Assembly (NCBI GenBank): GCA_965117025.1
Contig: OZ220746.1
Location: 2,085,854 to 2,149,853 of the forward strand
Direction: 5' to 3'
From: Rhodothermales bacterium
GTDB taxonomy: Bacteria; Bacteroidota; Rhodothermia; Rhodothermales; VXPQ01
DNA length: 64,000 nt
The position numbers and the translations under genes are program-made. The first letter of the stretch is position 1. Every line of letters starts with the position of its first letter. Shown here in pieces: positions 17,481 through 26,957 of this stretch. Below the pieces are notes generated by a model, which was given only the letters and a program-made list of their open reading frames with translations, made no database searches and was not told where the DNA came from.

Positions 17481-19670
17481 ATGGCCCGCTTTGTGGGGAG
17501 CGTTGCCGCGGTCCTGCTTTTCACGGGCGTTGTTGCGCATAACGCCGAGGCGCAGGCCCCGGCGCTTGGCGATTCCTACGTTTTTTTCGTGGAGGGGGTG
17601 AATCCAGATCTTGAAGAGGTCGTTGGCAGCGAAGTAGTCGACGATCCGGATGGCAGCGACAACAAGGTGTTGCAACTCAACCAGGGAGACTACGCGTATC
17701 ACGGGTTTCGTTTTGTCACTGGGGATGGCGGCACAGGCACCCCTCGCGATATGACGGCCAACCGGGATGCCGGGAACGTCCTCCATTTTCGCATTCGGGT
17801 GGATCCGGCCAATGCTGCGTCTGGTGGAATGGAGAGTGCCCTCGCGATTCAGTTCGAGGATTTTGGGGAGAATGTCGGAGAAGCCGGAAATAATCCCTTC
17901 CGCTTGCGCTGGGTCATACCGACCGACATGCGCAACGGGGAATGGCACACGGTGTCGGCGGTGCTCCCGCCCCCAACCTATGATGCACTCGAAGCAGGCA
18001 AGGACGACGGCTCCATCTCGGGACATGAAGCGCAGTGGATATACGCCGGTGCCTGGGCAGGATTCGCGATCGGGCTGGATCTGCTGGGGCCGGAAACCGC
18101 GGAGCGGCCCGATCTGTGGACAGAATTCGAATGGAATAATGTCTGGTCCCTGGGCATTCAGTGGGACTGGGGCAGTGCCGCCGCCGACGGCGGCCCGATT
18201 TACCTGGACGATGTGTTTATCGGCCCGGCCGATTTCGATCCGGGGGATGCTGCGGGGCTGCCTGCAGCCATGTCCGGCGTGAGCGTGAGAGCCGATGGTT
18301 CCGTCAATGTCATCTCCTGGACCCATAATCCCGATTTCGGGGGATACAATGTGTATTTCAGCGGAGATCCGATCACGGATGTGCGCGCCGAGGGCGTATC
18401 GCTTCTGCAGACGGTGTCCGCGGCTCCTTACGAGGTGCGGCACGAGGTCGAGGTGCCTTATTCGTTTTCGTCTTCCGGTTCGACCCTCTACTATGCGGTA
18501 ACGAGCCTGGGTACCCTGGGCGCGGAGAACACGGATGTGTCGAACAGTGCGGTGGAAATAGACAACCCGGACCTTGCCGTTTCGCCGCCGATCTTGTCAT
18601 TGACGGATGAACAGTCTCAGGCGCTGTTCGATGCGGTCAATGCGGGGACCGTATCGAACGAGAATTTCCCTGAGGGATCCATGCCATTCGTCGTCGACGA
18701 TATGCATTCGCAGAGAGCCGACGCCTCCGTGGATCCCGACAACAACGACGATCTCTCCGGATCCGTCTGGGTGGCGTATTACGAGGGCAACGAGGGGCTC
18801 TCTCCGGAAGTATGGATCTACGCCGAAGTCACCGACGACCTGCTGAGTTTCTCCCCGGCCGCCGATGGACCGGAAGGCGCCTGGGCTTACGATTCCATTG
18901 AACTCGGATGGGGAAACTACGACGTGCGCGACGCCGGGGGGTCGGTGCTGGGCGGCTCTCCGCACACCGGCATGATGCGTGGCGCTTTCCCCGATTACCA
19001 GTTCCGCCTGTCCCCGCACGGGAGCGCGACCAATGCGACGGCTAAAACGTACGCGGGGGCTGACGGTGGCCACGATAAGCCGCAGATCGGCGGCGCCGCG
19101 TACGAATCCGCTACGGATGGCTACAAAATTCTGGCGTTTTTTCCTACTCCGGCGATAAAGGCTACTGGCGACGCCGACGCTAATTTTCCCGGGGAGAATG
19201 ACGATCCCCGCTTCATGCCTTTTACGATTTCGCTGAACGACCGGGATGGGGGGGACGCTCGTGAACACCAGATCACATGGAGCCTGAATCCTGCGGTAAA
19301 CAACAACTGGTGGAAAACGCCGAACCAGTGGCAAACCGTGACGATGATTCACAGTAGCCAGTACGTTCCCGTATCCAGCGAAGACGAACCGGAACTGCCG
19401 GAAGCGTATACCCTGGCGCAGAACTACCCGAATCCGTTCAATCCGGCTACGACCATTCGTTTCCAGTTGCCGCAAGCCGAGCAGGTGACGCTGCGGGTAT
19501 TCGATGTGCTGGGCCGGGAGGTGGCTGCGCTGCTCGACAATACGTCGCTGGCCGGCGGCGAACACACGGTGCGGTTCGATGCCTCCGGGCTTACGTCGGG
19601 GGTGTATTTGTACCGCCTCGAAGCGGGCGCCTCCTTTGTGCAGACCAGGCGAATGTTGCTGGTGAAGTAG
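17481..19670 (+). CDS. Secreted non-catalytic protein with FN3-like and CBM9-like regions and T9SS C-terminal sorting domain
   Basis: The track start at 17334 is GTG. ATG at 17481 gives the signal peptide MARFVGSVAAVLLFTGVVAHNAEAQA; ATG at 17412 is an alternative. C-terminal domain NYPNPFNPATTIRFQLPQAEQVTLRVFDVLGREVAALLD...GVYLYRLEAG...MLLVK is a textbook T9SS type-A tail. Confidence 0.8.
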   Translation: MARFVGSVAAVLLFTGVVAHNAEAQAPALGDSYVFFVEGVNPDLEEVVGSEVVDDPDGSDNKVLQLNQGDYAYHGFRFVTGDGGTGTPRDMTANRDAGNVLHFRIRVDPANAASGGMESALAIQFEDFGENVGEAGNNPFRLRWVIPTDMRNGEWHTVSAVLPPPTYDALEAGKDDGSISGHEAQWIYAGAWAGFAIGLDLLGPETAERPDLWTEFEWNNVWSLGIQWDWGSAAADGGPIYLDDVFIGPADFDPGDAAGLPAAMSGVSVRADGSVNVISWTHNPDFGGYNVYFSGDPITDVRAEGVSLLQTVSAAPYEVRHEVEVPYSFSSSGSTLYYAVTSLGTLGAENTDVSNSAVEIDNPDLAVSPPILSLTDEQSQALFDAVNAGTVSNENFPEGSMPFVVDDMHSQRADASVDPDNNDDLSGSVWVAYYEGNEGLSPEVWIYAEVTDDLLSFSPAADGPEGAWAYDSIELGWGNYDVRDAGGSVLGGSPHTGMMRGAFPDYQFRLSPHGSATNATAKTYAGADGGHDKPQIGGAAYESATDGYKILAFFPTPAIKATGDADANFPGENDDPRFMPFTISLNDRDGGDAREHQITWSLNPAVNNNWWKTPNQWQTVTMIHSSQYVPVSSEDEPELPEAYTLAQNYPNPFNPATTIRFQLPQAEQVTLRVFDVLGREVAALLDNTSLAGGEHTVRFDASGLTSGVYLYRLEAGASFVQTRRMLLVK

Positions 19671-19690
19671 AAAATCAGGCGCCGGAAGGC

Positions 19691-19720
19691 AGGAGGCGCA
19701 GGATATTTACTGCGCCTCCT
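19691..19720. terminator. 10-bp GC-rich inverted repeat between convergent genes (candidate bidirectional terminator)
   Basis: AGGAGGCGCA (19691-19700) / loop ggatatttac / TGCGCCTCCT (19711-19720). The right arm overlaps the last codons and stop of the GH10 gene. Confidence 0.5.
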
Positions 19721-20843
19721 GCAGCGCCTCGACAAATCCGTAATAGGCGGGTTTGGGGCGGAATTCCGCATCAAACAGGAGCGGCCACTCCGGCCGGTCA
19801 TAAAAGTTGATGAGCCAGGTGTCCGGATCGCGCAGTCCCCATAAGGTAATGGCGAAACGCTGTTCCTCGGGAATCCGGTTGAAGGCGGCTACGACCTCCT
19901 TGACGCGTTCTTTCTGAATGTTTCCCCGCGCCGTATTCCAGGACCGCAGGCTACCGTCGGTGTTGATGCGCACGTCCAGTTCGGAGAGGTGCAGTTTCAG
20001 GCCGCGTTTCACCACTTCGTTTATGGTCTCGGTGATTACCTCGAGGGACGGGCCGTCCCAGGCCATGTGCATTTGCAATCCCACGCCGTCTATGGGAATG
20101 CCCCGCTCCTGAAAATCATCGAGCATTCTCATCACGGCGCGGCGCTTGGGCAGGCTCCAGGTGAGTCCGTAATCGTTGTAGAAAAGCAGCAGGTCCGGAT
20201 CGGCTTCCCGGGCATACTGAAACAGCCGGGCGATGTAATCGTCGCCCATCCTTCGCCGGAACACGCTGTTGCGTAATTCCCCCCGTTCGTCATCGAATGC
20301 TTCGTTGATTACGTCCCAGCTTACGACGCGTCCCTTGTAGCGCGCTATGACGGTCGTCATATATTCTTTTACGGCCTCCTCGAACGCCTCGTCGTCCCCT
20401 CCGAAGTTTTCCATCCAGGACGGCGTCGTCTGGTGCCACACGAGCGTATGCCCGTGGACCTGCATGCCGTTTTCCTCCGCGAAATCCACCAGTGCATCGG
20501 CCCCGGTCCAGTTGTACGATCCCGGGCCGGCGGATATCGGGTTCATCTTCATTTCCCACTCGGCCGTGATACTATTGAACACTTTTTTGATCACGGTGGT
20601 GCGCTCCGGGCTGGACAAATGCACTGCCTGGATCGCCACGCCGACAGGATGTACGGCGAGGGTTTTAAGCGCCGGGTAATTGCGGTTCGGGTCCGGCGTG
20701 ACCTCGTCCATGCCGGAATCGGCGTCGCATCCGGCCGCCGAGAGGGCAAGCAGGCCCAGGAGGATACCGGAGAGGGAAAGAAAGGAGCGCATTGCCTCGG
20801 AGAGAGAGGAGATGTGAACGGACATGAGCGAGCCTTTCTTCAT
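19707..20843 (-). CDS. Glycoside hydrolase family 10 endo-1,4-beta-xylanase, probable lipoprotein
   Basis: GH10 acid/base motif WDVINEA and nucleophile motif LHLSELDV. Lipobox LALSAAGC. 378 aa. Confidence 0.9.
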   Translation of the reverse strand: MKKGSLMSVHISSLSEAMRSFLSLSGILLGLLALSAAGCDADSGMDEVTPDPNRNYPALKTLAVHPVGVAIQAVHLSSPERTTVIKKVFNSITAEWEMKMNPISAGPGSYNWTGADALVDFAEENGMQVHGHTLVWHQTTPSWMENFGGDDEAFEEAVKEYMTTVIARYKGRVVSWDVINEAFDDERGELRNSVFRRRMGDDYIARLFQYAREADPDLLLFYNDYGLTWSLPKRRAVMRMLDDFQERGIPIDGVGLQMHMAWDGPSLEVITETINEVVKRGLKLHLSELDVRINTDGSLRSWNTARGNIQKERVKEVVAAFNRIPEEQRFAITLWGLRDPDTWLINFYDRPEWPLLFDAEFRPKPAYYGFVEALQEAQ

Positions 20844-21074
20844 ATCGTTTGGTGGTTGTTTACGTTCCGATTAAGGGGCTGAAGATAGCGCATCCCTCGC
20901 CGCCTCCTGAAGGGCGCATCACATCCGCGATGCTCCGAATCCGCAGTATTTTCCGCTGATTTCAACGATGGAATCATGGCGTCCTGTGCTTGCGAACGTG
21001 AAGTGCTGAGCGAAGTGGTTTTGATCAGAGTATCCTATATTCTCAAGGGATAGCAATCATAATGGCCGTGATCC

Positions 21075-21503
21075 ATGCCGCAGGAAACACTTCGATCCAC
21101 CGTCATTCCCGGTCTGCGCTACCGGGATGCGCACGCTGCTATCGAGTGGCTGTGCAGCGTACTCGGTTTTGAGCGTCGCCTTGTGGCGCCGCATGGCGAG
21201 GACAAAATTGCCCATGCCCAGCTCACGCTTGGCGGCGGCATGGTCATGCTCGGTTCCATGCGGGACGACGAGCACGGGCATCATGTGGTGGCCTCCGAAC
21301 CCGAAGGGAAGCTCACCCAGGCGGCCTACATTGTGGTCAGAGACAGCGACATCGAGGCGCTCTACGAGCATGTGAAGGCGAAGGGCGCGCGTATTGTCAT
21401 GGAACTGGAAGAGCAGCCCTATGGCGGGAGCCTATTCGCCGTCCGCGATCCCGAAGGGCAACTCTGGAGCATCGGGTCGTACGATCCGTGGGTGGAGGAG
21501 TAG
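21075..21503 (+). CDS. VOC (glyoxalase/bleomycin-resistance) family protein
   Basis: 142 aa. PGLRYRDAHAAIEWLCSVLGFE... and ...EEQPYGGSLFAVRDPEGQLWSIGSYDPW are typical of the VOC fold. Confidence 0.75.
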   Translation: MPQETLRSTVIPGLRYRDAHAAIEWLCSVLGFERRLVAPHGEDKIAHAQLTLGGGMVMLGSMRDDEHGHHVVASEPEGKLTQAAYIVVRDSDIEALYEHVKAKGARIVMELEEQPYGGSLFAVRDPEGQLWSIGSYDPWVEE

Positions 21504-21550
21504 GGCGGCTGCCTGACCTTTTTGCATATTTCCCTGTGCGGAGGCGATAC

Positions 21551-22225
21551 ATGTTTATCACGAGGTTTCTCAAGTCAAAGTTTATCACGAATAAGAACCT
21601 GGGCTGGTTCGCCATGGAACTGGTGATTGTTTTCCTGGGTGTCTACCTCGCTTTTCTGTTTAACAACTACCGGGAAGGGTTGCATGAGCGGTCCGTGCAA
21701 CTCCAGTACTACGACGGCCTGATTCTTGAATTTGAAGTGCTTTACGCCCATCTCGAACAAGAAAACGGGAAGCTCCGGAAGCACCTCGCCGTAGTGGCCG
21801 AGATCGAGGAGGGCGGCCAGCCTGAGTTGTTGCCGAGCGATCTGTACTACCTGTACCGGGGTAGTGTGCTGGAGGCCGCCTTCAGTGGTACGAATTTCGA
21901 ATCGCTGAATGATTATATCATCACTAATATCATTGGGGGTGCCCCATTGCTGGAAACCCTTGAAGATGCCGTCGGCCAACTGAATCAACTTACGGCGACG
22001 GTGTTGCTGCCGGCGCAGGTAGCCGACGCCGATTTCTACGATGAGCAGGGATTAAAGGCGGCGTTTTCCTGGTATCCGCGTCTGATTGACGAGATTCACA
22101 CCACCAACCGCAACCTTGCGCGGGCTGTGGGGGAGCGGGCTATTCCCGGCCTGGAAGCGAGAAGGGACGAATTGGCCGCGCAGTTCCGTTGGCCGTTTTT
22201 GAGGGACTCGAGTGCATCATTCTGA
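21551..22225 (+). CDS. Single-pass membrane protein, DUF6090-like
   Basis: ATG at 21551. N-terminal TM segment WFAMELVIVFLGVYLAFLFNNYRE resembles the conserved head of a Bacteroidota hypothetical family (name from memory). The first 230 nt are about 47% GC by hand count. Confidence 0.5.
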   Translation: MFITRFLKSKFITNKNLGWFAMELVIVFLGVYLAFLFNNYREGLHERSVQLQYYDGLILEFEVLYAHLEQENGKLRKHLAVVAEIEEGGQPELLPSDLYYLYRGSVLEAAFSGTNFESLNDYIITNIIGGAPLLETLEDAVGQLNQLTATVLLPAQVADADFYDEQGLKAAFSWYPRLIDEIHTTNRNLARAVGERAIPGLEARRDELAAQFRWPFLRDSSASF

Positions 22226-22243
22226 GAGAAGCAAGGTGTTTCC

Positions 22244-23137
22244 ATGACCGTCTCCACCCCGGAACGCAATGAACTGAAGGTTCTGCTGCCGACCGCCAAT
22301 ATACCTGTCGAGATTCGTGATAAGGTCGAAAAGGCGGACAGGCGAGAGATCATCAGCGCGTCCTACCCGTACAGGACCAAGCTCGGCCGCGCTGAGTACG
22401 AGCGCCGGAAGGCGGAACTGCAGGTCGAGTTGCTGAAGATGCAGCGATGGGTCAAGGAGACGGGCCAGCGGGTCGTGCTGCTTTTCGAGGGGCGCGACGC
22501 GGCCGGCAAAGGCGGGACGATCAAACGGTTCATGGAGCATCTTAACCCGCGGAGCGCCCTGGTGGTGGCGCTGCCGGTTCCTTCCGAAAGGGAGCGCGGG
22601 CAGTGGTATTTCCAGCGCTATGTGGAGTGTCTGCCGACCAGCGGGGAGATCGTTTTCTTTGACCGTTCCTGGTACAACCGGGCAGTGGTCGAGCCGGTAA
22701 TGGGTTTTTGCACACCGGCCGAGCACCTCCGTTTCCTGAGGGATGTCGCGACGTTCGAAGAGTTGCTGGTCAATGACGGATTCCACCTGTTCAAGTTCTG
22801 GTTCTCGGTAAGTCGCGAGGAGCAACTCAGGCGGTTCGTGTCGCGCGCCCGGAACCCACTCAAGCAGTGGAAGATCAGTGACGTGGATCTCCGGTCGCTC
22901 TCGTTGTGGGACGAGTACACGGAGGCGAAGAAAACGATGTTCGCGGCCACTGACACCAAAACGTCGCCCTGGGTGGTGATCAAGTCGGACGACAAGAAGC
23001 GGGCGCGTCTCAACTGCATGCGCTACGTGCTGGAGCATCTTCCCTACAGAGAAGATGCCTCGCGGCCTGTGAGGAAACCGGACAAGAAGCTGATCGGCCC
23101 GGCGAAGAAGCTGTACGCACCGGGAGAGGTGTGGTAG
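22244..23137 (+). CDS. ppk2: Polyphosphate kinase 2
   Basis: Walker A-like FEGRDAAGKGGTIKR and the FDRSWYNRA block. 297 aa, single PPK2 domain. Confidence 0.9.
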   Translation: MTVSTPERNELKVLLPTANIPVEIRDKVEKADRREIISASYPYRTKLGRAEYERRKAELQVELLKMQRWVKETGQRVVLLFEGRDAAGKGGTIKRFMEHLNPRSALVVALPVPSERERGQWYFQRYVECLPTSGEIVFFDRSWYNRAVVEPVMGFCTPAEHLRFLRDVATFEELLVNDGFHLFKFWFSVSREEQLRRFVSRARNPLKQWKISDVDLRSLSLWDEYTEAKKTMFAATDTKTSPWVVIKSDDKKRARLNCMRYVLEHLPYREDASRPVRKPDKKLIGPAKKLYAPGEVW

Positions 23138-23219
23138 ATAGGGAACCGATGGGCGGATTTCACGCACGCTCTTCTCGCCAGAATCGGAAACCGCTATCCT
23201 GTGCATTTTCCCGAAAAAC

Positions 23220-24410
23220 ATGGCGAAAACTGGCCACATGTCTCACCCGCCTGGATACAATTCCGGCCTGACCCATGCCGATCCGGTCGCAATGACGCAG
23301 CACCTGGTCCGCATCCCCTCCGTGAACCCGCTGCTGGAGGACGGCGGCGACGGCGAGGGCGCTGTTGCGGCACTGGTGGCGGAGTGGCTCGACGACTGGG
23401 GTTACCGGCCAACTGTCGTCGAAGTTGCGCCCGGCCGCCACAACGTGGTGGCGCGGCGGGGCGCAGGTGCGGGGCCGTCACTCCTTCTCAACGGTCACAT
23501 GGACACCGTAGGCGTGGCGGGAATGGCCGAGCCCTTTTCGGGCGCGATCCGGGAAGGCCGAATGTACGGGCGCGGCTCGGCCGATATGAAGTCGGGTGTG
23601 GCGTGCGCGCTCGCGGTCGCCGCGGAGCTTGCAGAAGCGGATATCCCAGGCGAATTGATCATCGCACTGACGGCCGACGAGGAGCACGCCTCGGCAGGAA
23701 TGGCGGCGCTTGTCGCGGACGGCGTGGAGGCCGATGCAGCGGTGGTCTGCGAACCCACCAGCCTGACGGTCATGCCGGCCCACAAGGGGTTTTTCTGGAT
23801 CGATGTGCACGTGAAGGGCCGTGCGGCCCACGGTTCCAGACCCGAACTCGGCGTCGACGCCATCGCGCACATGGGTCACCTCCTGGTTGCCTTCGAGGAG
23901 GAAGCACACCGGCTTGCCCGCGAGACGGACCACGCGCTGTTGGGCACTGCATCCCTGCACGCGGGCACGATCAAGGGTGGGAGCGCGCCGTCGGTCTACC
24001 CGGATCGCTGCCACTTGGTCGTCGAGCGCCGCACACTGCCGGGGGAAACCGCCGACTCCGTCATGGCCGAGGTGGAGGAGGTGCTGGCGAGGGCGGGTGA
24101 GCGCTGTCCCGGGCTGGAGGGTCGGGTCGACCGGGGGCTTTTTCGCGCTGCGACCGAGGTGCCGGCTTCGTCGCCACTGGTGACCGGCCTCAGGGAGGCG
24201 TGCATGCGATCCGACCTGCCCGGCACCCTGAAGGGGATGTCGGCCTGGGTGGACGCCTGCTTCCTGAACGAGCACGGAACCCCGGCTGTGTGTTTCGGCC
24301 CCGGCTCAATCGCGCAGGCCCACGCCGCGGTGGAATGGGTCAGCGTGACCGAGATCGAGACATGCGCACGGATCCTCACCGACTTTGCACGGTGGTTCCT
24401 ATTGCGGTGA
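23220..24410 (+). CDS. M20-family metallopeptidase (ArgE/DapE/acetylornithine deacetylase-like)
   Basis: Metal-binding motifs LLLNGHMDTVGV and MYGRGSADMKSG. 396 aa. Confidence 0.85.
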   Translation: MAKTGHMSHPPGYNSGLTHADPVAMTQHLVRIPSVNPLLEDGGDGEGAVAALVAEWLDDWGYRPTVVEVAPGRHNVVARRGAGAGPSLLLNGHMDTVGVAGMAEPFSGAIREGRMYGRGSADMKSGVACALAVAAELAEADIPGELIIALTADEEHASAGMAALVADGVEADAAVVCEPTSLTVMPAHKGFFWIDVHVKGRAAHGSRPELGVDAIAHMGHLLVAFEEEAHRLARETDHALLGTASLHAGTIKGGSAPSVYPDRCHLVVERRTLPGETADSVMAEVEEVLARAGERCPGLEGRVDRGLFRAATEVPASSPLVTGLREACMRSDLPGTLKGMSAWVDACFLNEHGTPAVCFGPGSIAQAHAAVEWVSVTEIETCARILTDFARWFLLR

Positions 24411-24469
24411 GTTCGCTTTCATAGGGAGCGGTTGTGCAACCTTCTTGCCTTCGGGTGGTCTCTCGTTAT

Positions 24470-24512
24470 AACCAATTGGGTGATATTGTTTACATCACTG
24501 TGATTGGTTTTT
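24470..24512 (+). terminator. Candidate rho-independent terminator downstream of the M20 gene
   Basis: Nested hairpin: aaccaat (24470-76) pairs with attggtt (24503-09), and inner gtgat pairs with atcac. Followed by a T-run through 24512. Confidence 0.55.
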
Positions 24513-24555
24513 CACGACAGCCGGAGACACTACCAGGCATACAAAAGCAAATCGA

Positions 24556-25083
24556 ATGGCTTTGAACCCCATGGAACGCAGACCCCACAGCGACGAGTAC
24601 GGTGATTTCTATCGGCCGTACATAGCAGCAGCCCCGGATGGTTCGATCGTGGCTACGCTCGATGCGCAGCGGGATGATCTTGCCCGTGTGACGGCGGAGG
24701 TGTCCCCCGATCGCGAGCGGTACCGTTACGCGCCGGGCAAGTGGTCCGTGCGCGAGATGGTGGGACACCTGACCGACAGCGAGCGGATGTTCGCAATGCG
24801 GGCGATGGCCTTTGCCCGGGGCGACAAGACGCACTATCCGGGATTCGACGAGAACGAATACGCTGCTGCGTCAGGTGCGGACGAAAGACCCCTTGCGGAA
24901 CTGGTGGAAGAGTGGGATGCGGCGCGGCACGCCACCGTGTTACTGTTCAAGGGGCTACCGGATGAGGCATGGGATCGTCGCGGACACGCCAGCGGTTTCG
25001 GGTTCTCCGTGCGGAGCATGGCCTGGATCACCGCAGGCCATACGCAGCATCATCTTGGGGTTCTGCGAGAGCAGTATCTTTGA
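24556..25083 (+). CDS. DinB-family protein
   Basis: MVGHLTDSERMFAMRA and the C-terminal AGHTQHHLGVLRE histidine motif are typical of DinB/YfiT-like four-helix bundles. Confidence 0.8.
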   Translation: MALNPMERRPHSDEYGDFYRPYIAAAPDGSIVATLDAQRDDLARVTAEVSPDRERYRYAPGKWSVREMVGHLTDSERMFAMRAMAFARGDKTHYPGFDENEYAAASGADERPLAELVEEWDAARHATVLLFKGLPDEAWDRRGHASGFGFSVRSMAWITAGHTQHHLGVLREQYL

Positions 25084-25148
25084 GCACAGTCTGTGCGTTC
25101 TATCGGTCACCTTCTGCCTGATCTGCCCGGAAAACCTAATCCGATATC

Positions 25149-25799
25149 ATGAAACTCCAGCCTGTTTCCTACTCTCCGGACGAGGCGATCAAGCGTGCGC
25201 AGCGCTTCGCGGAAGATATGGTGCGCCGCCGTACCGTCCGTCATTTCGATACCCGACCTGTCCCGAACGAAGTGCTCGACGCCGCGTTACTCGCTGCGGC
25301 CTCTGCGCCCAGCGGCGCGAATCGCCAGCCATGGCGTTTCGTGGTGGTGCGCGATGCCGGGATCAAGTCCAGAATCCGGACGGCGGCAGAAGCCGAGGAG
25401 CACGAATTCTACACCCGGCGGGCCACCCGCGAGTGGCTGGAAGCGCTGGCCCCGTTCGAAACGAACGAGCACAAACCGTTTCTCGAAGAGGCCCCGGCGC
25501 TTATCGCTATCTTTCTTGAACGCTACGGGCTGGACAAGGACGGTAAACGCATCAAGAACTACTACGCGTTGGAATCGGTCGGTATTGCCACAGGCTTTTT
25601 GATCGCGGCGCTGCACCATGCGGGCGTAGCCACCCTTACGCACACGCCCAGCCCCATGGGTTTTCTGAACGAGATTCTGGACAGGCCGCGTAACGAAACG
25701 CCGTTCCTGCTGCTCGTAGCAGGCTATCCGAGTCAGGACGCCGAAGTGCCGGACATCGAAAAACTGCCGTTCGATACGGTAGTTCGTTATGTGGGGTGA
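25149..25799 (+). CDS. Nitroreductase-superfamily flavoprotein, iodotyrosine deiodinase (IYD)-like subfamily
   Basis: RRTVRHF...APSGANRQPWRFVVV nitroreductase core. Aligns without gaps over ~50 aa to human IYD as I remember it, keeping E84/Y88/K109 at the E/Y/K substrate-triad spacing. C-terminal LLLVAGYPSQDAEVPDIEKLP resembles IYD LPVGYPSKEATVPDLKRKP. Confidence 0.75.
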   Translation: MKLQPVSYSPDEAIKRAQRFAEDMVRRRTVRHFDTRPVPNEVLDAALLAAASAPSGANRQPWRFVVVRDAGIKSRIRTAAEAEEHEFYTRRATREWLEALAPFETNEHKPFLEEAPALIAIFLERYGLDKDGKRIKNYYALESVGIATGFLIAALHHAGVATLTHTPSPMGFLNEILDRPRNETPFLLLVAGYPSQDAEVPDIEKLPFDTVVRYVG

Positions 25800-25906
25800 C
25801 CGCCGCGCAGGCATTGTGTCCTTACTATTAGAGAGCAAGTTTCTGCACCCGGGTCGTTTCCTCCGAAACCCGGGACCAAACCCCTGCCGACTTTCCTTTT
25901 GCCCCG

Positions 25907-26821
25907 ATGCCGCTGGCGCCCCGTTCGATTCTTGCCTGTATCCTTCCGGCTTTCCTGCTGGCCGCTTGCAGCAAGTCGATGCAGGAAGAGCTTCCGACCG
26001 AGCCGGAAATCCAGCAAACGGTGTATACCATAGGCGGCGACCGCCCTGCCACCCTGAAACTCCCTATGGGGTATGATTCCATGGGCCCCCTTCCTGTCGT
26101 GATCAGCCTGCACGGCTACTCGGGCAATCCCACAGGCCATGATGCGTACTGGGGCCTTTCCGAGCAGGTCGATGCCGACAACTTTGCACTGATCCTGCCT
26201 GCCGGCACGCGCGATTCCGCGAACGTTCGCTTCTGGAACGCTACAGATTTCTGCTGCAACTTTTTCGAGTCCCAGGTGGATGATGTGGCCTATCTTTCCA
26301 ACCTGATCGAAGAGGCGGGCGAGTATATCCAGGTAGACCGCATCTTTTCAGTCGGACATTCCAACGGCGGATTCATGTCCTACCGCCTTGCCTGCGAAGG
26401 TTTTCCGGGTCTGACCGCGATCGCTCCGCTTGCAGGTACCTCGTTTCTGGACCCGATCCGTTGCGAGGAAGCGCCGCCGGTTTCCGTACTGCACATCCAC
26501 GGCACCGACGACGACATCATTCTCTATGCAGGAACTACCATTGGCACCGGATACCCCGGCGCGGAGGATGTGGTGGAGCGCTGGGCCGAACGCGCGGGAT
26601 GTGATCTCTCCAGTGCCGAAGAACTTCCCGCCATCGACATCGACCGTGCCCACGCCGGTGCGGAAACCGACCGTGTTCGCTATCGTGAAGGGTGTCAGGA
26701 CGGCATTACGGTCGAGCTCTGGAAGATCAACGAGGGTTCGCACGGTCCCTGGCTTACCTCGGACTATGCGGAGCGCCTGATCGACTGGCTGCTGAACGAA
26801 TCCCGCACGGAGGTGTCGTAA
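25907..26821 (+). CDS. Alpha/beta-hydrolase esterase (PHB-depolymerase/LpqC-like family), lipoprotein
   Basis: Lipobox FLLAAC. Nucleophile elbow GHSNGG. LHGYSGNP and HIHGTDDDII blocks. Confidence 0.7.
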   Translation: MPLAPRSILACILPAFLLAACSKSMQEELPTEPEIQQTVYTIGGDRPATLKLPMGYDSMGPLPVVISLHGYSGNPTGHDAYWGLSEQVDADNFALILPAGTRDSANVRFWNATDFCCNFFESQVDDVAYLSNLIEEAGEYIQVDRIFSVGHSNGGFMSYRLACEGFPGLTAIAPLAGTSFLDPIRCEEAPPVSVLHIHGTDDDIILYAGTTIGTGYPGAEDVVERWAERAGCDLSSAEELPAIDIDRAHAGAETDRVRYREGCQDGITVELWKINEGSHGPWLTSDYAERLIDWLLNESRTEVS

Positions 26822-26957
26822 GGGGCGTACTATTTGCCTTACCTTAATAGTCCAGCACATACAGTGCCCCATTAACCTGCGAATTCCGTAACATGCGGGG
26901 GGATATACCGGCCTTGCCTGCAAGAGGCCGGGGACATCCGTTCATGTCGTTCTGCCC

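Noticed and set aside
23201-24100. 299-aa Arg/Gly-rich ORF in an alternate plus-strand frame
   Set aside because: It overlaps the M20 peptidase gene out of frame. The extreme Arg/Gly/Pro composition is typical of off-frame translation of GC-rich coding DNA.
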